Shown one piece after another: positions 53,791-64,000 of a stretch of DNA of 64,000 nucleotides. The stretch comes from Bugula neritina (Eukaryota; Animalia; Bryozoa): positions 16,668,722-16,732,721 of the forward strand of contig OZ037766.1 in assembly GCA_964035545.1 (NCBI GenBank). The letters are read 5' to 3'. The notes under the pieces were generated by a model. It had not been told where the DNA came from. It saw only the letters and a program-made list of their open reading frames with translations, and ran no database searches. Position 1 is the stretch's first letter. Each line of letters starts with the position of its first letter. Both the position numbers and the translations under genes were made by a program.

Positions 53791-54492
53791 CCCACTGCGA
53801 GTGCAAACAAGCACAAACAACTGCTATCATTTATGTAAATTGTTCCAACAGTAAACTGGCTTCAAATTAGATGTACCATCTGAACAACTTTCTATAATGA
53901 ACAGCTAAAACACAAGATGGCTTTCACATTATCACACTAATACTGCAAAACTACTAAACTAGCTTATTACATTCAAATTTGCAAAAAAATGGATGGCTGT
54001 CTGTATTGAAATGACAAATTTGTTTTCAATAAGTTGTATGTGAAACAAGCTGCGGTTGTTTTTCATAACAAGCAAGGATTTTAGGTTTAATTTAGCAAAT
54101 TATAAATTTCATAGATAAGCATGCTTTAATTCTAGTAAGATGTATTATAATGATTGGTAACATTATAAACCTTAACCTAGTGACACTTGGATAAGCTACT
54201 TTTTTATAACTAGATGCTTTTGAAAGAAAATGCAAATAGCAATGAAAATCACATTAAATAATACCATGATATAAAAGGACTTTTGTATATTATACTAACA
54301 AACATTTATTTGAGAAATCAGTGTTAAAAACTAATAACATAAGCAAAAGTACATGATACTTGATACAAGTGTGGATATGTCATTTTTGTTTTAATTAAAT
54401 TTATCACTTGTTGACTAGAGTACATGTCATTGCCTTGTACATGACATAGTTACTAAAGTATGAAGTCTTAATCTGACAACTATGCTACACAT

Positions 54493-57400
54493 TTATGAAG
54501 CTTGCTCTCTACTTCTCAGAAGTACGTCTTGGATCTGAACATGGGGAGGAGATCCTAACTGGTACACGACTGCTTCAGCAAGGTCTTCTGCTTCTAGAGC
54601 CTGTCGTGATACTAGTGTTGGTAAAGTGGGCGCTACACACTATGAAGTTATCCTCCCTTACATATATTGTGTTTGGAATGCTCGATTCATTATGACTTAA
54701 TGAAACGTAAAACATTATATCATAACTTATTTATCAGAGGGTATTCAAGTGGAGTCCAGCGGCATTACACACATAGTTATATAAATTAATCATTAACTAA
54801 GAAATCAAATAAAACAGCAAGAGTTGTCTTTTCATAAAAATGTAAAATTTAATAGAAAACAAAACTACTAGAATAATTATAGTGCAGCTAATAGGTCTAA
54901 GCATTTATGGACTTTATAAATTAGCTGGAAGTTTTTTAGCTACAAAAACTTCACAAGTATTGTTGAATAATCTATTTTACGAAATATGTGGCACTGGGAC
55001 TCTTATATATGCATAAATTAAGTAGATATTGACCTTAAGTTGCTGAAATAGTTGTGTTGCTTTTTCTTCCCCCACATGATGTTTTATAAAAGGTGTTTCA
55101 ACAAGTCCAGGGCTAATTTGCTAAAATCAATATAGAGCTTCATTATTTGTTATAGATTTGGTAAAAATACATATTAGAAGGCACAAATAAACTGGAAAAA
55201 CTTTCAACAGTATTGAACAACAAAGCCTAGCAAAATTTTCTCAGTTTGGTTTGAAGTCAGAGTTATAATCTTGGATATAACATATTTCCATTTGTTAAAA
55301 TTTATTTCAGGAACAAATACTTTAAAATTTCTCCTATTAAGCAGCTTCACCCAAAAGCTAAACTTTGCCTTAGTTCTAACTCAGTTTTAGTTCTCTCAGC
55401 CTATATAATATAGTTGACAGCCTGTAGCAAGTATCATATACTTACTGAGACTCGGCATTTGAAATCTGGCCACTGAGCTAGTAGCTCCACTCTTATTCCA
55501 TTGGTAATGGCGGTCAGGGCAAACTTAGTTGCAGTGTAAACATGCCCTGAAGGGTTGGGAATCAAACGATGTCCAGAAAGGCTGAAGTAATATTTATCAT
55601 GTCTTACAACAAAATACTGATTTGAAAGGAATTAGGCTACTATGCTGCTATATTGAAGGGGAGGTTATTCACACTTTGCTTCTTGTTTAATTTCAATTTA
55701 AAACAAATCTGTAGCATACATAATATAATGACATCTTGGGCATTAACACACTATAACGAGATGACATTACTTATAACTAGAACAAAAAGTGAAATGTAGA
55801 CTAGCTCTAGCTTCTATACAGTCAGAGAGAATTTAAAGATTCTAGCCTAGTTTAAAAGTAGCATTACCAACAGGGATGGAGTGGTGCTAGCTCCAGAACT
55901 TTACCTATTGATGTTTATGATGTGACCTTCTGCTATGGAGCCTGCTTTCATGAGAGAAGTGGCTTCTCTTGTCACCCTGAGAACTCCCATGACATTTGTC
56001 TGGAAAAAATGGTTGCATAAATTCTTACATTGACATTATTAGCATTCTACTTAATCTGGATTCAAACTATAATTTTGATAGAAAATTTAAAAACTTAAGC
56101 TGAGCTTTTGCTCCTGGTGTGTGGTTTTGTTACCAATATTACATACAGTGATAATATTGGTAACATTGGCACTCTAAGTAATATTGCATTTCTTTAGCAA
56201 TATGTTTAAAGGAAGGACACATGAAACATACTTATTCATTATAAACTTTTTTAATTTCCAGATGCATATTAAATTTGAGCTCTCAAACAGTTCTTAGTTG
56301 CTTAACCTCTGTTCCTTTGTATTCAATATTATAAGTTTTTATGTTCTAGTACCAACAGCTTGTAGTAGCTATATAAAATATCTAAGTCTTCATACATGTT
56401 GTAATGACATGCTAATATCTTGCTTCGCCCCAAAATACAGGGGCGCTCAAATATCTTACTCAAACGGAGTCCAGATAGAGGCTCTATTAACTTAAACAAG
56501 CCAGTTTCTTGCCACCGGTTTACATAACTTTTTGAGAGTTTAATGCTTGAATAAGCTCTATAACCAGCATTTTTGGAGAAGAGATAATTAAAACAAAACC
56601 AGCTTAAGTTTTTAAATTTTTTATCAAAATTATAGTTTGAATCCAGATTTTCTAAAATCAGGCTAATACCTACTGCTTTCACATTTGTAATATTAGCTTT
56701 TTAGAGCATCTTATATTTTGACCATTACTAGTTGCAAAATATGCTGGTGGGATTAAAACTTACATCAAGCATCAACTGCCAGTCTTCAGATTTTCCAGAG
56801 AGAATAGGGGCATCTCTTCCCAAACCTGCATTGTTAATGCAAACATCAATTTTTCCAAACTTTTCCTTTATCTTAGCGAACATAGCCAACACCTGCTCCT
56901 CTTTGCTCACATCGCATTGCATGATTGTCAGATCTCCTAAATCGCCGATATCAGCTTTCAGTTTCTAAATGTGAGAGAAATATGCTGCTCAGAAATATAT
57001 TGCAGTTGGGAAAATAGGGGATAGATTTTCTGGTCACTTTCTAATTATGCTGAGCTTACATGTTGATGGAAAGTATTAGCTATAAAAGGAGGTAGATGCA
57101 AGCACTGAACTGAAATTATAGGGGGGTTATAGTTCAATGGATGTAAGAATTTCAACCCACGCCTCAAACTAAAATTTAATTAAATATTAAAGAACTTAGG
57201 CTATCTCAATTTCTCCCCTACTGCTCCTAAATGTATAAAAGTGTGAATGGTTTTTTTACCTAGCTTTTCTGTAACTGGCGCGAAGTAGATGACATTTCAC
57301 TTCCCCACTAGGCACTGGCTACTAGCTTGCCTTAGTTCAACTTGCTATTGACACTCTTACTATGAGTATGTACATAACCTACAGTGGCTTTTGTATTCAA

Positions 57401-57572
57401 TACTACCCACCTCTAATGCTTCAATCCTTCTCCCACACCCGATAACTCTCATCCCGCATTTCAAAAGTCTAACAGCTATGGCCCTGCCAATACCATCTGA
57501 TGCGCCTGTGACTAGGGCTGCTTTCCCAGTCCATCTTTGCATACCTTGGCCTACTTGATCTCCACTGCTCAT
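54493..57572 (-). CDS. DHRS11: Dehydrogenase/reductase SDR family member 11-like (farnesol dehydrogenase-like), ~262 aa, 6 exons
   Basis: Exons 57572-57411, 56964-56764, 55999-55905, 55581-55446, 55120-55034, 54600-54493 (789 nt). MQRW.GKAALVTGASDGIG, CGRR, DVCINNAG, GHIININSLSGHR, YTATK (YxxxK), ISPGLVET, PPHVQIQD. The start may be the second Met at 57542. Confidence 0.9.
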
Positions 57573-59549
57573 CTCTGCCTGCCGTGATATTTACTGAATG
57601 GTTAAACTAAAACTGTTACTATTAGCTACTAGTTGCAATTATCATCAATGACTCTCAGCATGAAAGGTGATGCGGCTTTATCATTGATATTTGATTAATA
57701 ATCTATCTGCATGTCGCGCAGTTATCAAGAGTGGACACAAACCCCTTGAAAATTTTACATGTTTCAAAATTATTATAAAAATAATTATTTATCTTTCTTT
57801 TGTAAAACATTTAATTTATGTACCTACAATATTTATTATTTTGTATTATTACATCACAAGTCGCAAATGGCTATGTTTATGCCAATTTTAAATAAAAGCA
57901 GCTGGTGCATAGTTTGAACACCCCCTTTCTTCATCCATTTGTGGTAAAACAATAGCAATAGCCTTGGCAGATACAAAACTTCACTTAATCAACTGTTCAA
58001 AATAAATTAACACGTGTGTTGTAAGTCCATAAATTATGTTAGTATGTATACCGGAGTCTAGAAGTACTCCAACAACTTGCTAGCCATTCAGGGGCAGTAG
58101 TGGAGAAATCTTTATAGCATAGACTGATCTTTAGTTTACTTTCGAAATTTCGATGTATGTGGCAATTGACTTTATCTAACCTGGAATACAGATTTTTCTC
58201 CATTTTTATTATTGCACCTACCTCAGTTTAAAAACGTGTCCTACAAGTCTATGGAGAAGTGCAACTTTTCAATTTACAAATATTTTTTATGTTGTTTAAA
58301 TAAATTTATTTTAATACAATAAGTGAGAATAGAGAGGCTTACAAAATTGGTTTTTAACCATTTTTGCACTACAATGTCACACAGCATGCACTGACACACT
58401 ACAAGCACCCACCCTATTCATATCTATTCAGCAGTTGTTTGTATACCGACAAATTGCTGAATAATTAGCTATCCAAATTAAAAAAAGGTAACAAAACGCT
58501 ATAATAGTTTCACTAATATTTCTATTGAAACTGTTTAGTATAAGAAGATAAATACACAATAATATAGTGCTATGTGGTTAATGATACTGTCACTGTTGTG
58601 AACTGTAAAACTTTACATAATTTATATGCTGCTGTTATCTCCATATATTTTCACTCATTTGTTATTTTTTTTGGGCCAAAATTCCTGTAAAACTTTTGAT
58701 AATGCACATGAGACTTCTTGTTAAACCTAGTCTGGGTATTGTGTAAGCTGCTTTTTATATTACCATGACATATGACATGGTTGTAACGAATAAGCCATCT
58801 CGTAATATAGTAACAGGTAAGTGAGTGATCTTTAAACTGCTGCTCTAGTATTTATCTTATTATGATAATATTTCTGTTATGCTGCTTTCTGTATTCTTGT
58901 ATCCTGTATTAGTTTGTAGAGCCAGCGTGATAAAATTGTTGAATAAAGTTGACTATCTGACAGCATTTGCTAGGTAGATTAATTTTCTTACATACATTAT
59001 TGCTTTTCTCATAAAGTTTGTGCTAAAATAATTATTTTTATGCATTTATGTGGTCTGGATTAGTTTATAAATTACTATATCACATTTTATTACTATGGTA
59101 TGATGCCACAAATATAGTGCTTCAAACTGACATATAATATATTGCTGAGGCCTACTTTGATAAGAGAACATTAGTTTTGTGAGCTAAAGTACTTAAAACA
59201 GCAAAATATTTGTCCGCTAATTTAGCTTTCATGAAAATAAAATTTCTATAGCTCTTTTAGGCCCTAAACTTTCTGTCACCCCCTGAGTTCTCCCTGAGTC
59301 CACCCCTGGTGTGTTTGTAGCATATTATAACACTAAAACAGTAGTGACACACCAATTTATTTCATAAAACAGCTCACAATCATACAAATGTAGTACGTAA
59401 GTTTTCTAATTTAAAACTCAACAGATGACTTGAAACTAACAACCATCAATAGCCACATAAAAGAATAGCCATTTTCTATAGCAAAACAAATGGGTTTAAA
59501 CGAAGGCAGTGATTGATCAGATCATGGATTACTACGCATATGATATTAT

Positions 59550-59710
59550 AGTGATTGGTCAACTGACAATCTAATTCAACAAATCAAGGAATAGTAAATA
59601 TCACGTGACACAATAAACGCATACTTCATAGTCAGCAGTTTTACCCCTTCACAGTCCCACTTCTTACAGCCACTATCCTGTCAGAGCTTAAAATGGAAGC
59701 GTCAGGTTAG
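59550..59710 (+). promoter_or_regulatory. Putative promoter and first exon of the TRIM-like gene
   Basis: Reverse CCAAT (gattggt ~59553), ATCACGTGAC at 59600-59609, donor CAG|gttagt at 59706. Confidence 0.35.
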
Positions 59711-59947
59711 TAGTTTATTTATTCAACTTTGTTTACACATGGTATTCTGCAATAATGTTTAGTGGTTTCATAAATTCTCCAATAATCTAGGAGAAAACTA
59801 AAAGACAAATTAGTAAATACAATGTCAATTAGTTGCAGGATAGGATTCATATTTCAATGAAATGTAAGTGTAAACTGGCCAGCTTTAGCTTAAGCTTATT
59901 TTTCACTGAAAGTATCAAATGGTTCTTCTAGAGTTCTTCAACTCACA

Positions 59948-62900
59948 ATGGCTGACTCTAGAGTTGTAAAAAGAAGAGTGAATGACTCATACAGATGTGG
60001 ATACTGCAACCAGCAGTTCAATAAATTAGAAGATCCCAGGACCCTCCCCTGTCTGCATGTCTACTGTATGAGGTGTTTAAAGACGGACATCAGCTACAGG
60101 TAAACTCATATCAAATGCGCATATTGTGGGTGAGTTACAGTAATGAACATTATTTTAAAACTGTCATATTTGTATTTATGTAAATGTTTTAATGTTTAAA
60201 TGAACTCTAGTTACTATCTAGTTAGTCATCAGGATCATTTCTCTCATAATGATGGATGTTACAAGTTACTAATTATCTCATCATTTGTAGTAAACTGACT
60301 AATGCTATATTTTAGGAAGGAAGTCTATGACATCACAGATCCCACAACTTTACCTGTAGCTAAGTTTGGTGATCCAATAGAATATAGATCTCCGCCCAAA
60401 CCTGTGCCCATTCCTTGTGATTTATGCGAAGATGGAACAGAAGCTGTAGTGTTTTGTGTGGAGAGTGAAGAAGTTGTGCGAACAGCATCAGCAGGTGAGT
60501 TGTTAGGTGTTGACTGTAACCACTAGTCTGGGGCATACTGATGAGTTGTACTGTAGAATTCTCCTCTAGTCTTATGGCTGTATATTGTATATAATTTAGT
60601 ATTTCCACACAATTCTCAGTATATTATTATGAAATAAGTATCAGCTAATGTGGTCATGTGATTAACAACATTATATTGACATTAAATATACACTTCTGTT
60701 GTTTACTTGCTGCGATTCCGTGAGTCAGTTGGATTTTTTGTTGTCAGAGACATGATGAGGCAATAAATACTTACCTGAACACTAGACATCAATTTATCCC
60801 AATTGATTTCTACACAGCATCTCCACAACGCTATACTACCACTAACTGTGAACATCATGAACATCATCAGCTGATAGAGGCGTGTTCTGAGTGTCACCAG
60901 ATATTCTGTATTCGGTGTGACTCCAAGAGTAGATGTGGAAAAGTGGCAGGTGATTTTTTTGTCCGATTTATATTTTAGCTTTGTGTAGGAAGAAACCATT
61001 GTTTATATGAGAATAGTATGTGTTCCTGTCTGGCCACATAAATAGAACTCAGTCTAAGGTAACTGGTACATTGAACGTCTTCAGGTAAATAATTGAGTAT
61101 TATTTTAGAGGGAAAAGCAGCTTCTCACATCACAATGCTGTTGAATGATTTATCCAGTAAGCTGAGAGACAAACTGACTGGGGAAATGAAGATTCTGTCT
61201 GAGAAGATTTCAGAGTTGAATGACATATCAAAGGATGCCTGGAGACAGCTTAGTGAAATAGAAGAGGATGTGAAGAAGATGTTTGCCAGAGTATATGCTA
61301 CAGCTAATGCTAAGGTTGGCAGACATGTTTGTAAAAATGTAGACACTGTTATGTAGAGTCACAACATGATGATGCAATGTTAAATTTTTTTATATGTTCA
61401 CTATAATATGTAACTCCTGGGGTGAAATCCTTATACTTGTGTTTAGTATTTAATTCTGCACTTATCTCTTCAATGAAATCATTTCTGCAGCAGAATATGT
61501 CATTGGTGGCTAGAAATCAGCAGCCATTAATTAAACTATTGTCATTATGATTCTGTGTTTGGTCATGTGACACTCAGTGCAGATGAACCTGTCAATGCAG
61601 CTGACTCACTCATCCTTCTGCGACTGTCAATCACTCACACAGGGAGGTTGCTTGTGTGAGTGATTGACAGGTGTCAGAAGGAGGAGACTAGTCACGTGAT
61701 GTACTAGCAGTCTGCTTTGTGTAGAGTGTCACATGACTGTGTCACTGTGTGTCTACGCAGTGGGTGGTCTGTTAGCTGTCGCTCTCATGCCAAGTGTAGA
61801 GGTAGTGAGGTGCAGATGTGGTTATAGTGTGTTGGTATTTATTAGATAGAAGAAATTAGGAAGAGAGCTGAGGAACTGAAGGAAGAATTGTCAGAATATT
61901 TGAGAAGCAGCACAGAGATGGCGGTTAATTATAGATATGACCTGGCAGTGAAACATGGTGTTGATAAGTTGTCTCTGGTGGACAGAGTACAACATGCAGT
62001 TGATAAGTTCAATGATGCAGGCATTGTGAGAGACTACAAAGAGATGAGTGAAAAGATGGAAAATGCTTTAGACATCAGCATGATAGAGAAATGTTATGTT
62101 CCTCGCAAATTCCTGAGACCCGCAAGTATGAATATTTAATAAACAGAATCCATCACCAAAAATTTAGAATGACTTGATAATTTATTCCCAGCCTTGCACT
62201 GAAAGATTTTTCTACTTTTGATGAGTTTTTCATTCTAGCAGTTCAACTGAAAGCCTTGGAGGCTGAAAGTATTTAAAAAAGGTTGATGCAGTTTATAGTT
62301 GATATTTATTAGAAGATTGAGTTTTATTTCTACTCTCACATTATGAGATATTTCTTCAGGTTTTAGAGTTTATGATGTATAAGTGAGCTGCTAAACTGTG
62401 TTATGCCGACTACTTGCTGTCAGTATTAACAAAACACTCTCTACCTGTGCAGGTTATGAGATTCCCAAGTTATAGAATTATCTGTTATGTTGTTGCAGAC
62501 AGCGAAGACAGTCTGGGGCTGAAGCTGTTGCAGCCACCAGCTTCTCTACAGTCTAATGGATACTCTGCCGCTGGCTGTTTTTTCACAGTAAATATCTCAG
62601 CTGATGGACATCTGATGCGTGGGACACGAAAAGGTGTAGAAGTAAGAAATAGACACACTCTTGATACTATCAGCTCAGTGAAACACAGCGACCCCACATT
62701 ATGGGCAGAGATAATTCAACCTGAAGAGGTGGTGGTTGGCAGCTGCTATAAACGGAATGAGAATTCAGCTGAAGTCACACTTCTTCATCCGAAATCTCTG
62801 AAGAAAACCAATTCTCTGTATAAACAGTCAGTAGATAAAATCACTTTTTATAAAATAGCACAGCACCTCTCACTGGTCTATATTGTAGACAAAAGAGAGA

Positions 62901-64000
62901 GAAACAGCTGGTAGTCTATAATCTAGTTGACAATAAAATACAGAAGTTCCCACTTTTTGGGATAAAGAACCCAGACTCTGTATGCGTTCTCCCCGACTCA
63001 ACTCTCCTCATTGGAGACTTCGCTGTAGATGGTGGAGTGAAAAGATATAAAGTGGAGAACACAACGCTCACTTTAATGTGGGAGTTTACTTGCATCTCAG
63101 AACCAACTGGTATTTCCTTTGATCCAACATCTCAACTAGTTTACATCTGTATAGAAAATAGACCTCTCCTCATCCTCTCACTTGAAGGTAAATAAATACT
63201 TTGTTTATTATAGTAAGTTTAGTTAATTCAATAATAATTGGGATATTTTAGGATGAATGATTAATTTTAACTGATAGGCTGTGTTATGACTTATGATATT
63301 GTTAGTAAGTACTTGGCTCTCAGGCTAGTTTACTATGGGTAGTATTTCATAGAAGTATTTACAGTAATTTTAGAGGTGCTCAGTCTAACAACTGTACAGA
63401 CTGCAGCTACACATGAGTTACGATTTGCAGTTTGACTTCAGTCTAGTGCTGCTATTATTTTGGTCATCAGATAATTTAAAGACAAATAATTTGATACTTT
63501 TTGACTGCTATTACTGAGACTATTGTAACTTGATGATGGCTGGTAGAATAGTGTTTGTTGGTGAGACTCAAGTGGCTGTAATTAGTTCTTGTCAAACATT
63601 TAATATGTGATAATGTTGGAGTATATCTTATATTATGTAACTATTCATAATTATATTAGCTGGGCACTAAGTCTGTATTCTGAGTCTCTTCTCTTCATGT
63701 TGTCATTCATTATTAAGTAAACATTAGAGCAGTTGAGTAAATTATTCAATACTGACTGGTAGAACTATATTATCTTCAACATAATCTGCTTAGTTCCATC
63801 TTTAAATAAGGAAGTTTTTCTGAGTGAAAAATATGTTTGATACTTATTATAGTGCAGCTGCAGGTATATTATTGGATATATTTCAGTTACTATGTTATAC
63901 TAGAAAGTAGAAACTGCATTTAGTTGTGTTGTGATCTCACTGTAGTCTGTCTGTTTGTCTCAAACTGATACAATCTGGTGTTATTTTATTTACAGGGAAA
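59948..64000 (+). pseudogene. TRIM-like gene (RING, two B-boxes, coiled coil, NHL/beta-propeller-like), disrupted; continues off right edge
   Basis: Exons ~59932-60129, 60316-60494, 60818-60949, 61109-61314, 61846-62125, 62499-63187, 63996-. RING CGYC..PRTLPCLHVYCMRC..*..CAYC has an in-frame TAA at 60101-60103. B-box CDLC..FCVE is frame-damaged; B-box 2 reads CEHH..ACSECHQIFCIRC. A 2-nt slip in the (AG)n run at ~62894-62903 precedes QLVVYNL...PDSTLLIGD...EPTGISFD. Confidence 0.8.
61562..61737. other. Intronic nested inverted repeat / long hairpin
   Basis: GTCATGTGACACTC / GAGTGTCACATGAC (14 bp), TCCTTCTG / CAGAAGGA, and a perfect 18-bp stem 61624-61641 / 61653-61670 with an 11-nt loop. Confidence 0.85.

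Noticed and set aside
56200-56690. Possible decayed TTAA-type MITE and 117-aa ORF in a DHRS11 intron
   Set aside because: Only patchy inverted similarity, ends not definable, ORF has no recognisable motif.
57120-57170. tRNA-like start GGGGTTATAGTTCAATGG
   Set aside because: A-box-like only; no T-loop or acceptor stem partner.
60101-60103. Selenocysteine or programmed readthrough in the RING
   Set aside because: The codon is TAA, not TGA, it is not at a Cys position, and the gene has other lesions.

Overview
AT-rich, intron-containing eukaryotic DNA, most likely an invertebrate animal; the species cannot be assigned from sequence alone. Five intact spliced genes were assembled by hand with frame-consistent GT-AG junctions: PLBD1 (+, 4965-15960), RBM42 (-, 16322-19214), a BOD1/BOD1L-like gene (+, 22791-29349), G-protein alpha-s/GNAS (-, 31419-48311) and a DHRS11-like SDR (-, 54493-57572). 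A multiply disrupted TRIM-like gene (RING, B-boxes, coiled coil, beta-propeller) starts near 59948 and runs off the right edge. Mobile DNA includes the 5' end of a Ty3/Gypsy element (LTR, PBS, gag-protease; invisible in the ORF track because it runs off the left edge), a LINE remnant and several MITEs. A spliced THAP-HTH (ISL2EU/PHIS-like) element with ~510-bp terminal inverted repeats is nested inside another MITE in PLBD1 intron 2. The most unusual observation is kilobase-scale degenerate 3/6-nt-periodic AT tracts lying just downstream of each inferred housekeeping promoter, and on both sides of the bidirectional one. Also notable are a CRE/jun1-like minisatellite in the first coding intron of Gs-alpha and an ARS2-type EEGEI motif on the BOD1-like protein. 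All coordinates were read by eye; promoter and UTR calls are inferences.
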